The notes beneath the pieces were generated by a model. It was not told the origin of the DNA. It was given only the letters and a program-made list of their open reading frames with translations, and did no database searches. A stretch of 62,902 nt of DNA, counting the filler, from Globobulimina sp. (Eukaryota): NCBI GenBank assembly GCA_003354225.1. It is 38 parts of 38 records of this genome, joined end to end, with 100 filler letters (N's around TTAATTAATTAA, not from the genome) between each part and the next. Parts side by side here need not be neighbours in the genome. Positions count along the whole stretch, not along the records: positions 36,488 to 38,045 come from PIVH01014847.1; positions 38,146 to 39,703 come from PIVH01014848.1; positions 39,804 to 41,361 come from PIVH01014849.1; positions 41,462 to 43,018 come from PIVH01014850.1; positions 43,119 to 44,675 come from PIVH01014851.1; positions 44,776 to 46,332 come from PIVH01014852.1; positions 46,433 to 47,989 come from PIVH01014853.1; 31 more parts are not named here. The stretch is one strand, 5' to 3'. Below are positions 36,509 to 47,774 of this stretch, in pieces. The position numbers and the translations under genes were made by a program. Numbering within the stretch: the first letter of the stretch is position 1; every line of letters starts with the position of its first letter.

Positions 36509-37714
36509 ATGATTAACAGTCAATTTCCAATTTCTTTCAGCTCAAAAAGGGAAAACTATTGGATTTCTTCAATGGAATGGAAATCTGGTCTTGGATGGCA
36601 AATACACGCATTGGCAATATCGTTGCTTACAGCAATAGCACAGAATAAAATATTTATTTGGGCTGATAATTATGATAAATGGCCATTTATTCAATCACCA
36701 TTTTGTAAGACAATGGAATGTTATTTCGAACCAATTACAAACTGCTCCCTTCCAAACAGTCAAAGCACAAAGTTTGACAAAACTGGATTGCAAATAACTA
36801 CACAAATGCAAAGTTTTTGGAACTCTATTTTGGAAATTGACAGTCAACCAAAAAATGCATTTTTCTCACGAAGTAGTTTCGAATATACTTTATTAGTAAC
36901 AATCGGCGAATGGTATTTACTGCGATATAACCATCGCACACAACATATCATCGCAAATAATATCGAGGCTACATTGTCATTAATGGATTTAAAACAAAAT
37001 GAAATGCCAAACCCAAATGAAATGATATCGATTCCAATTCGACATAGTGACAAATGTTATGACAAATCGTATGCTAATCCGGGTGCGGAAATGCTGTGTT
37101 TTGACGCAAAACATATAATTATTATTGCTCAACAAATACAATTTTTATATAAATATGTTGGTGATGGTGATGGTGGTATAAAATATGGAATTGTCAATTC
37201 CGAGGACAGCAATGTTGTGCAACAAGTTACCAATTCAACGCAGAGAACTTTCCATATTTTGACAAATATAAATGACATACGGCCTGAAAGTGGCGATCCA
37301 AAAGTTTGGGATATGAATAAAAACATAACTGATGAGTTTGGAAATGATTATATGACATCAATGCTAACTGTGGCTCAAATGTCGTCAATGCCAAGATATT
37401 GGCTATATATCTTCAGTTCAAATTGGTTTTTTTATTTATCCCATTTTCGAAGTGTATTGAAATGTTATCCAAATAATCTAAGTAAACATGGCGATGTACA
37501 GATTGAGTTAAAAAGCTATTGCAGAAGATGTGCATCGAGGGGCAATCCTGGTGCCCGACATGTTATATATAGATCTATACAAAAGGATGTGTATAACAAT
37601 CAATTTCTAGTCAATATGCTGGATTTGCAATGTATTAAATGGACACAAAAACATTATCCAACAAACCTGCGCAATAAATATGAAATACATTGCCAGCTCA
37701 CTGATGAGTTTTAA
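36509..37714 (+). CDS. Alpha-1,6-fucosyltransferase-like (GT23) protein (probably 5' partial)
   Basis: SGLGWQIH, ECYFEPITNC, IPIRHSDK, NSED and FSSNW motifs. Confidence 0.75.
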   Translation: MINSQFPISFSSKRENYWISSMEWKSGLGWQIHALAISLLTAIAQNKIFIWADNYDKWPFIQSPFCKTMECYFEPITNCSLPNSQSTKFDKTGLQITTQMQSFWNSILEIDSQPKNAFFSRSSFEYTLLVTIGEWYLLRYNHRTQHIIANNIEATLSLMDLKQNEMPNPNEMISIPIRHSDKCYDKSYANPGAEMLCFDAKHIIIIAQQIQFLYKYVGDGDGGIKYGIVNSEDSNVVQQVTNSTQRTFHILTNINDIRPESGDPKVWDMNKNITDEFGNDYMTSMLTVAQMSSMPRYWLYIFSSNWFFYLSHFRSVLKCYPNNLSKHGDVQIELKSYCRRCASRGNPGARHVIYRSIQKDVYNNQFLVNMLDLQCIKWTQKHYPTNLRNKYEIHCQLTDEF

Positions 37715-38145
37715 TTTTTTTTCGAAAAGGCTCGAACTACTATGATTTGTTTCGAAATAATCTTAGTATTAATTAGAAGTTTTTTAGTAAAAACCCTAGC
37801 TTCAACTACAATGGGCGAAAACATATCTTCAATGTATGAATCCATGTGTGGAACATCTGATGATGCAGAAGTTGAAGAAGAACAAAGTATTTAATATGTT
37901 TATATTGTGTAAACAGTCGAACACTTAACCAACAACAATTTATCCCACAGTCGATGAGCAAACACAAACCAAAATTAATTTTGTTAACAAAATTGACAAA
38001 AAGATATCCGATGGGACATTCACAATTGACATTTATAAGAACAATNNNNNNNNNNNNNNNNNNNNNNNNNNNNNNNNNNNNNNNNNNNNTTAATTAATTA
38101 ANNNNNNNNNNNNNNNNNNNNNNNNNNNNNNNNNNNNNNNNNNNN

Positions 38146-39703
38146 CTTTCGTACAATGCGTGGACAATAAACTGGGCAAAATATTTCGATTGAATTTTGA
38201 TAAATAATTGCCATTAAAAATAATACCACCAATTGCATTCGCAATGCTTTCAGCCGCACTCTATTATCATCGTAATCTTCTCGCGAATCAAAAAAAGCAA
38301 TATAGAATAATGAATAAAATGAATTGATCACTATAAAGGATATCCGTTTGATAACCAACTGATCGTAATATTCTTCCTGCAATCGATGACCTTCCCAGTC
38401 ATTTAAGAAGAGAGCTAGCATCGTATATAACTTATTAAACAACAGAATTTGCACAGAATTTATCATTCCAATGGCTAGCGACAAATATTGACTTTGCTGT
38501 CTGGATTCATTTTGAAAGCTCCATATAATTACAGTCACCGCCACGACTAACAAGACACAAATAAGCGAGATGCAAATTGAAATGATGCGTTTAAACCAAT
38601 ATAAACATATATTGCTATGTGTTTCAATGCGCAAACCATTTATTGTGGAGATAATATATCTGCCACGGAAGGTTGGTCTGGGTATCTCCGTTTGTTTATG
38701 TCTCAGCATTCCCCATCGAAACCTAGTGAGATAACAAATAATTTTATTCTAACTACAGTAACTAATGCATTAACAATCATACCTTAATTTCCATTGTCTA
38801 CGGAACCAATTCTCGATCATCAATGTGCTCCATAATATAGTAATAATTACAAGCAATAAAGAGCCGGAAGATGTTACCTCCACAATGGCCATTTCAATGA
38901 TCCACCAGATAAGTCCCAACAGTGCGATAGGATACAACCACACCGTATAATGGATTAAAAAAGCAAAGTAATAAGCAATTTGTTCACCATAATATCTCCT
39001 CATTCCATCTAAAAACTTTGTATTTCTCCCTTTTGACTGCCATCTACAAGCTACACACTTAAAAGCATCAAAGCTTGCAAACATTCGTTGCTGTGCATCT
39101 TGTTGGTGCATAGCAAAAAATTGGCATAGCGGATGGTACTTATTTGCAAACATTTTCTCGATCACAAAATCAGCACCGTCCAATGCTTCATCATCTGTTA
39201 ATATTTCATACAAAATACGTAAGTATAACACATGTGATATGGCGGATGGCACCGGATGTTGTGTTCGTACATTGAATGGTTTACCATATATATTGATCTC
39301 TGCACTGTGCAGTTTCGAGTCATATCCAATGTGGATATGTTCCCACTTTTCGCAGTCCACTAAAGGTTCTCTCACAGACTCATCCACTGTATATTTGAAG
39401 TCATCGTCGTCCTCATCGTCTTCATCGAGTATCAGCTGTGGAACTTTGGTCCTTTTTGCTAATAAAAATCCTGCAAATATGAAAACGATTTGTTTTATAG
39501 AAACTATTTGAATTAATTTGCACATAACAAAAAGAATAAAAAACCTGGTAAATATTTTTTAGAACATTTGATTGAGTTTTTCGCATTAATTGGAAGATGA
39601 ACATGTCGCTCTTCTGCCCATTTTTCAATTAATGATTCTTGCGCAGAGATAACTACATAAATATGTTCCTCGTCATATTCTGATTCGATTATTCTATATT
39701 GGA
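38146..39703 (-). CDS. Anoctamin/TMEM16 family protein (partial); introns 39471-39544 and 38723-38782
   Basis: MRRYYGEQIAYYFAFL, RPTFRG, LNDWEGHR..Y and INSFYSLFYIAF. Both introns restore the frame. Confidence 0.9.
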
Positions 39704-39848
39704 NNNNNNNNNNNNNNNNNNNNNNNNNNNNNNNNNNNNNNNNNNNNTTAATTAATTAANNNNNNNNNNNNNNNNNNNNNNNNNNNNNNNNNNNNNNNNN
39801 NNNTCGAATATTTATTTACATACAAACCAAATTAAATGCATTTCAGCA

Positions 39849-41336
39849 ATGAATAAATATATAAAATTTACAAAAGCAATGGCTGGCACATTTAGCACTG
39901 GCCTCATTTTTTATTATTGGCCATATTTTAAACCAAAACAAAATGCCGATAATGAAAAACAAGAAAAACAAATTTTTTTCAATATCAATGATTATTCAGG
40001 TTATAAGAGAGCAAATTTATTTATTCCATCCGCTAAATATCGCAATTTGAAACAAGAAGTTATAAATTCTGATTATTGCATTTGGACAGAGTTCAACGAG
40101 AAAGTGATCAAAGCCACACAATATATGCAATCCAATGCGGTCAAAAAATGCAAAGCAAGATTTAGTGGAAAGTGCCAAGCCAATCATTATGAAATAAAAA
40201 GAGGACAACAAATATCATTGCAACATTTAAAGAGCGTTATTTTATATACGGATTTTTCGGATTTATGTTCCTCATTTTCAGCCACATTCAGACCAATTTA
40301 TTTCGGTGAATCATTGCAAGAAATAAAAAAACGAAATCGAAGTTATTTTCATTTATCCAAATTGTTGCGGGAAACAGTCGAATGTTTTGGATATGCGAGT
40401 CGTGAAGAAAAGGGTCCATTTTATTGTGGCATGAATCGTGTAATGGTAATACCGACGTTTTCCATTCGTTTATGTGGTCCCGTTTCGACCTCAAAGCAAA
40501 AAGAAATTGGTGTACGATTTGCGGATGAACGCGGAATTGTGATTCGATTGAATAATAATGGCGACATTTACAGCAGTAATCATTTGAAATTTTTCAATTG
40601 TAGTTTTATTTCTTGTTTTAAGGAAGAAGCTGAACGGCTATTTTTTGGCGGAATGTGGCTAATCAGAGTGGAAACCATTATTAATGTTGTCACAAAAAAC
40701 AATTTCAGTGTATTTTTTAAGCCACTCTTTTGCTTTGATTCTATGATAAATGGCAGTAATATGCAATATAATAATTTAATAAAAAGAGTGAATAAGAAAG
40801 ATATCGATGTTTTGGAGCATTTATTTTGTTATTCATTGAATAAAATATCAGATATTAAATATGATGAATATATTTATAAAACATGGCAAATATTTACACA
40901 AAATAAAAAAAATATTATTATAAATGTAAGTTTGTTGGATCGGGATTTTCCCTCAGAATTATTAGGTTTATTGATGTATCCATTGGAAAGGGGTGAAAAT
41001 AAAGTATCAAATAACAATATTTTTAAACCATTCATATTATCATTATTTACAAACTTAGAAAAAGTCTTATTTTATACAAGCAGTGGTTATGGCTCTGAAA
41101 CATATCCATTTTTATTATCATCATTTTTTAGTTTATTTTGGGGAGATATTTTGTTTAAACATAAATCATTGAAAAGTATACAAATAAAAGCAAGGCATAA
41201 AGATAATGGAGGTAGTAGCTGGATATATAATGAATATATTGTAATGGACAAAGACTTAAATCAAACACAATTTAAAATATCATTAAATATCGCAAAAGAT
41301 AGGAAAGAAGATACTTTATGTATTGACAGATTGTAA
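39849..41336 (+). CDS. Hypothetical protein with ADP-ribosyltransferase-like motifs
   Basis: VILYTD, FYCGM, GPVSTS and KEEAERLF are spaced like the R-S-E motifs of ART domains. Confidence 0.55.
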   Translation: MNKYIKFTKAMAGTFSTGLIFYYWPYFKPKQNADNEKQEKQIFFNINDYSGYKRANLFIPSAKYRNLKQEVINSDYCIWTEFNEKVIKATQYMQSNAVKKCKARFSGKCQANHYEIKRGQQISLQHLKSVILYTDFSDLCSSFSATFRPIYFGESLQEIKKRNRSYFHLSKLLRETVECFGYASREEKGPFYCGMNRVMVIPTFSIRLCGPVSTSKQKEIGVRFADERGIVIRLNNNGDIYSSNHLKFFNCSFISCFKEEAERLFFGGMWLIRVETIINVVTKNNFSVFFKPLFCFDSMINGSNMQYNNLIKRVNKKDIDVLEHLFCYSLNKISDIKYDEYIYKTWQIFTQNKKNIIINVSLLDRDFPSELLGLLMYPLERGENKVSNNNIFKPFILSLFTNLEKVLFYTSSGYGSETYPFLLSSFFSLFWGDILFKHKSLKSIQIKARHKDNGGSSWIYNEYIVMDKDLNQTQFKISLNIAKDRKEDTLCIDRL

Positions 41337-41461
41337 TCTTGTTTTGTTATTACGCTTTTCGNNNNNNNNNNNNNNNNNNNNNNNNNNNNNNNNNNNNNNN
41401 NNNNNTTAATTAATTAANNNNNNNNNNNNNNNNNNNNNNNNNNNNNNNNNNNNNNNNNNNN

Positions 41462-43018
41462 GCTTTGTTCATGGGCTGTAAGCAGTCAATATCAATATGG
41501 AAGCGTACCATGTGGAACATTGCGGCAAGCTGTGGGCGCAGCTTCAATCGCTGTCGGCTATTATAATGTATCAAGAGTTGAAATAATTGTTCAGGGACAA
41601 AATCCAAGTGACATTAAAGATTATACAGACACATTTGGTGTGAATCCATGCATCCCAGCTACGTTTATGATTGCTCCTTTGACATATTTCAGTGAGATAA
41701 CAATTACGTTTGATCCTGACTACATCAATGAAATGAAGGATTGGTATGCTACAGATTTATGTGAATCAGGTTACCGTTCAACACTGACAACACATGGATT
41801 CTTTGCGCAACGCGCAACTCCATTATTCGGGATTACAATTAATAATATGATTTTTGATTCGTATGTCTTTGAAGGACGAAGTGTTCAGCCATTTTATATT
41901 GCAAATATGCATACATTTACATGTAACAATTGTGTATTTTCTAATATTACGATATCATCCGATCATCATACATTGGATGAATTTACCAAAAACGATCGCG
42001 AGCAATTCCCTTCCTTAATTTCTTCATCAATCGTAGAACTGATCAATTGTGAATTTCATAACATTGTTTATGCAGCAAATAGTGATGGTGATGGATATAA
42101 TTATTCGTTTCTTCATATTAATACATTATTCACCAATACAAACAAAGATGTAGAATTATATTCGTTGACCATGACCAATGATATAATAACAGGTATTAGC
42201 AAATTAAATAGATTTATTGATATATATATGTATGCCGCAGCTTCTACTCCTTATGGACAATTTTTCATTGACAACACTACATTTGATGGCATATTTGTAT
42301 TTGACGCAATATTTTATCGCAATTCGTATTCTGGCGTAACATATTTTGATATTTCCAATTCGAATTTTTTGAATGTTAACGTTGGTTCTATTTTACATAT
42401 GCTTGAGGACAAATCATTTGTTACTTTATCAAATGTTAATATTTCAACACCGCAAACCATTCAAAAATACATTGAGACCAAAGAATTATACGGAATTACA
42501 AGTGATGACTATTATTCATTATTTATATTTGAATCGAAAATAGATATCATAACCATCAGTGATGTGAATATTGAATTTTATTATGGGCATTACCTTGGTC
42601 AGAATTGTGATTCTGATGACCCTCCTATTTTGGAATATATATTTGCATGGCATCTATTTGAAAAAAAAATAGGAAAATATTTGGATTTTTTATATTTCAA
42701 GTTTTACTGTGCAGTTCCAATACAATTTCTGCATTCGTTTGGTACGGTTGATATCAATCATTTAACAGTTTCAAATGACATAACAGATATTTTAGTTGCA
42801 GACTACAAAAAGTTTTTCATTGATGAAGTTCGAACCTTGGCTGCACATTCAAAAGATACAATATATATTAATTTGGCGTATAACTTTGACGATGATACAG
42901 GATTTATCTATAATGATGGTGGTGAGCTAACTATTGAAGAGTTTTATGTATATGGAGTTGGAATACATGACTATATCATATTCAATCCAAACGGAGATCT
43001 ATCTGTGACTCGAATGAA
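41462..43018 (+). CDS. Large extracellular beta-helix-like protein, internal fragment
   Basis: Over 500 aa open frame with repeated I-x-N-x-x-F-x-N-I units. Confidence 0.55.
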
Positions 43019-45064
43019 NNNNNNNNNNNNNNNNNNNNNNNNNNNNNNNNNNNNNNNNNNNNTTAATTAATTAANNNNNNNNNNNNNNNNNNNNNNNNNN
43101 NNNNNNNNNNNNNNNNNNTTGGACTTGATCACAGTCTGTCACATCTTTGAAAGATATGTCAAGCGCATGAGAAGCTGATTTCGCCCAGAAGTATGCAGCT
43201 TTGTTGATTGCCTGTGTTCGGGCAAGAATCGGATGTCGATTAAAGGGCATAAAAACAGGATGCTCAATTGTTACTGAAAATGATTACTATATACATTTTT
43301 TGGTATATTAAAGAACTAATGCACTATTCAGGAGGTAGTGTGAGAAAATTGAAGCACAAATGGAATTTGCGAGTCATCAGGATATGATAATAAAACAACT
43401 CCTCAGCTGTAGTTGGTTACATCATTATAATATAATTTGAAAAAGGTTTTGTGGTATAAAATACCAATGTAGAATAAAAGGAAAAAGTTAATAGGTGGAG
43501 TACGCCTTCACAAAAGTATAAAATAAACAGATATTTTAAAAATACCGACTGTATGCGATGATAACATTTTAAAACCAAATGGTTGTCTCAAAATTTCAAA
43601 TCCAGCGCTTAGTTCTTTTCTGAGGGGGCATAGAAATGTTTTCTCCTGTCTGTACCATATGGTTTTCATAACCACTGAATGTTTTGAATGTTTCACATAT
43701 CTGAAGAACAAAGATAGCAAATTAATACAGTTATTGTCCAGATTTTTTACAAATGATATACCTTTGAACCAAATTGTGAAGCCTGTCATAGAAATTACCA
43801 TAGACGCCAGGTCTTGTAACAGAATTGAGCAACAGAGTCAATCCAAAACGAAAAGAATTAATTTTCGATAATATCGACTCTGTGTCTAAAAGAATGTTTT
43901 GAAATAGATTGCAAATACCTTCTCGTTGTTATTGACCATCATAATTACCTCCAAAAGAAGCTCTCAATTGCTTTGTTCGCCTTTTATGATGAAGTACCAT
44001 CGATCTTTTCACACCACTTGAGCTATAATCCCTGTATGACTCTGGGATAACGGCAGTTGGTGAAGGGGAATGATCTATTACAGGATAAAATGTTTCCTCA
44101 ATAGGACATTTTCCCAATAAATGTTCAACCCAGGTCAAAGGATCTCTTGTTCTAAAAATATAATATATGTCTGGCTTCATGTCTCATATATAAAGAAAAA
44201 GAAATTGCATTACAGAATTTAAACTAAAAGTTGAAATCATACCTGTTTTCCCAACATGTAAGCATTGAGGCAATATCAGAAGCAATTACAGCATCAAGCA
44301 AGGCATACATTATAGATGACATTGATGGGTTCTTTGATGCAAAATTTGTTCTAATATCGAACTGTTCCAGTCGAATTCCGCATTTTGCTGCCATAGACTT
44401 AAGTCCTTGTCCGACTCCGCCTTAAAATAAAATCAATTTTTATAATATTCAATTCCTGAAATGATTTGATTGTTTGTATTGAAACGTCGTACTGTTCAAC
44501 TGGTATACACATGATGAATTGCTTTTTAATACCTATACGACCAAGATGATTATTTTCACCATCCTCATCAATGTTGAATCCAAGGCTCTCTGCCGAAAGA
44601 TTAATCTCTATCCACCCAACAACATCGATACCATATTGAGACAACAATGGAACAGTATCACTTTGAACGTTGCTGNNNNNNNNNNNNNNNNNNNNNNNNN
44701 NNNNNNNNNNNNNNNNNNNTTAATTAATTAANNNNNNNNNNNNNNNNNNNNNNNNNNNNNNNNNNNNNNNNNNNNAGTCGTTTGTCGTGAGGTAGATTGG
44801 ATAATTCCTGTTGTAACTGTAGAGTCAAATATATTGTCTGGATGTAAACAGCAGCAATTACTTGCAAATGCATATTCTGTTTCCAAATCTGAAGTCGCTG
44901 TGCCCATTGTTTAAATATACTTTTTGTAGTCTCCTTGTCGAAAGTGTTAAAAAATCTTTGTGTTTCACGAATAGCTTATTAAAAAAGTCAGTTGTTATTA
45001 TTTTACACAAAAGTTATGGCTGATATTACAACTCCGACAATCAATTTTCGGCGTTTAATCTTAG

Positions 45065-46332
45065 CTATTTTTTAAGCGCAATTATCTTGATTCGAAACGA
45101 ATTCCATTGTTTGCATGTCTTTAATTGTAACGTTGCACGTTGATCCTCGACAAAACTGATGACTTTAGCAATATTTACACCATTCCCATCACTGACATCA
45201 TTTAATATTATCATATCAGAATCATCCATCTCCACATTTATTTGTTTCAATGCTGAAATAAATGTCTCCTTTCCCAAACACCCACTCTTGTCCTTATCAA
45301 ATTGTTTCAATATTTTCGACAATAAACCGCTATTAATATGCAACGATTTCCTTCTCTGCCGAACTTGATTTGCTTCCCTTTCCGTCTCAACAGGATTAGT
45401 AATAGTAATCCCCGCAGACAATGACGGTGAGCGACTATGTTTCCGTGGCAAGTCAGCGGGCTGTTCGTGTAATTGAGTGTCGGGAAGAAGGAAAAAGTCT
45501 GGCAAATGGTCCTGTGGCGAAGGCGAATCACCAGGCGAACGCGGTACGGCTAAATGCAAAGATCCCGATGACGTCCTTCTGTGCGCATGTCGCGAAACTA
45601 TTTATTATGTTATATTAAAATTATTGGTTTAACGTACGTTCTACTAAAAAAACACAAAAAAAAGTCAAGAATAAAACAAATCACACGGAACTATGTAATA
45701 TATCTTCATTCACTTCCACCGCCTTCGGATTTATCATTCTTGCCTTGTCGTTCAAAAACTGAATACGTGCAATCAATGCATTTTGTTTCCTCTCTAAATC
45801 ATCATACATCGGTCCAAGATGTTTGTCGATCGCTTCACTCTCTAATTCCACACCGTATTGTTTCGCAGTCGACTGCACAGACTCGGCAATCTGCGCCAAA
45901 CTCGCAAATACATCGTCATATTGTTTGTTCAACGCAACAATATCGACCACACCCTCACTCTCACTCAGATCCACTTTACTTTTTACGCTATGCAACACCT
46001 CCAAACTGACACCTTTTTGCTTGGCCAATATCTCTAATCGTTTTCGTGTTTTATGAATATCTGATAATAATTCTAATTGCCGCTGTTCCAATGCTTGCGG
46101 AGTGATACTAACATTTACATCTTCCGACTGTTTCTGCATTATTATATCGCCGGACTTTAAATAATTTTGCAAATCCGTCTCAGATTGCCGCCGTGCGGAC
46201 GCATTGATATCAGATACGACATTTACGTCTAAATTGATAATACTCGCAATGTCATGCAACGAAGCCAAGGTTGATAGTTGTCGTTGCTTCAATTTTTGCA
46301 GATTTTGCGGTAAAAACTTGTCCGTTTGTTTT
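45065..46332 (-). CDS. Coiled-coil protein with C-terminal EF-hand (5' partial); probable intron 45598-45691
   Basis: FDKDKSGCLGKETF EF-hand. A GTTCCG..AATAG phase-1 intron joins ORFs 45681-46292 and 45065-45559. Confidence 0.6.
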
Positions 46333-46837
46333 NNNNNNNNNNNNNNNNNNNNNNNNNNNNNNNNNNNNNNNNNNNNTTAATTAATTAANNNNNNNNNNNN
46401 NNNNNNNNNNNNNNNNNNNNNNNNNNNNNNNNCTATTAACAATAGCACCACTACATTGGACATTTTTTTTGGTTGCGTTTCAAAATATCTTCCGGCAGAC
46501 ATCGAGAGAAGGACTAGAAACATAGGTTGTCCTGAGCGTCCGGGTATACGTCATGGGTCAAATCCAACCAATGTTGAATCACGACAAAAATTATTATGGG
46601 GCCGCTGTCAAACGACAAATCGATACATACCCCGGTTTCAAGGAAACGACATTCGGATACAGTTTTAAAGTAAGAAGTTAGGAAAAGAATAGAAACTTTT
46701 AGTAAATTAAACAAATATAATTATTAAAAGGCAGAAAAGTAATAATAGAAGGTCGGTAAATAACGCTCTTATAAATAGAAATAATTTAAATTAACGTATT
46801 TGATAGTTAAAACCAAACATAGACGATAATAGTAGGA

Positions 46838-46929
46838 AAAAATTGAGTTTCGGTCCTTATTTCTTGACCCAATTTTTACCGTATATGATTTATTGGCAGG
46901 ACCATCTTCAGAAGAAACCAATAAATCAT
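46838..46929 (-). ncRNA. Non-circularly permuted hammerhead ribozyme, copy 2; predicted cleavage after the C at 46866
   Basis: Minus strand: ATGATTTATTGG TTTCTT CTGAAGA T GGTCCT G CCAATAAATCAT ATACGGT AAAAATTGGGT C AAGAAA TA AGGACC GAAA CTCAATTTTT. All four helices pair. Confidence 0.9.
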
Positions 46930-47183
46930 TTATAAAGCCATGTACTACCTACCGTACATGAATAATAATATATAGACCACTGAATAAATAAACTAACTGT
47001 TATGCTATCAGTAGCATGTCTTTTACTAGTGGCCAATTCCTTTCTGCTTGGACCAAATCCACGTTGACCACCACGTCCACTCGGACCCCCACGTCCACCA
47101 CGTCCACTCGGACCACCCCGTCCTCTTGAACCACCGCCACCACGGAAATCCGTACCACGATTGCCTCTGCCACCACGAGCCAT
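46926..47183 (-). CDS. RGG/GR-rich ORF start, preceded by a 5' UTR intron (47189-47274); possible donor at 46997
   Basis: MARGGRGNRG...RGGRGGPSGRGG. A GTGAGT...TTTTTAG intron ends 5 nt before the ATG. Confidence 0.6.
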   Translation of the reverse strand: MARGGRGNRGTDFRGGGGSRGRGGPSGRGGRGGPSGRGGQRGFGPSRKELATSKRHATDSITVSLFIQWSIYYYSCTVGSTWLYK

Positions 47184-47467
47184 TGTTCCTAAAAAAACAG
47201 CAAAAGAGGAGCCAGCCAGAAGAGTTCAGAAAAATTAGAAAATTAAACAGATTAAAGTAGACTGAATTACTCACCGCAAGACTTTATTTTCCTGTCATTC
47301 TTTAAGCAACTGGATTTGCATAATAATCATAATTTATGCCAGTGATAACCAAATTTATTTATCAATCCAAGTCCCTAGTCCAAATAATCAGGCCATGCTG
47401 TAAATTCGCCCATGTGGCTGTGTATTCGTATAGGCAGCCAAGACGCCAGATGACGCCAAAGTGAATA

Positions 47468-47746
47468 TTAAACAACTGGTTTGCCCTGTAGAGATACACC
47501 CCAGCTATGTGTATCGGCAACATTTGCTATATGCTTATTTAGCATATAATTAGACTACTGGTTAGGCCATTAAGAGATACATTCCCAGCAAAATGTATCG
47601 GCAATGAAACGGTATCGCTAAAAATAGCGTTAATTAAACAACTGGTTATGCCATTGGTATATACACACCCAGCAATGTGTATTGGCGGTAATTAAACAGC
47701 TGGATGCTATAGGATAAAGTACACCCCCAGCTAGGTGAACCAGCAG
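47468..47746 (-). ncRNA. Four tandem ~54-nt pseudoknot RNA motifs (47692-47746, 47634-47688, 47550-47604, 47468-47520)
   Basis: Each copy: P1, P2 hairpin with loop ending GCTGGG, 7-9 nt bulge, P1', then CCAGY..TYTAA. Compensatory changes between copies. Confidence 0.8.
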
Positions 47747-47774
47747 GTACTGTGTAAAACGGTTAGGTATGTCA

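Noticed and set aside
47468-47746. Repeat-spacer pattern as a CRISPR array
   Set aside because: Units are about 54 nt, divergent and covarying; spacing is irregular; no cas genes; eukaryotic context.
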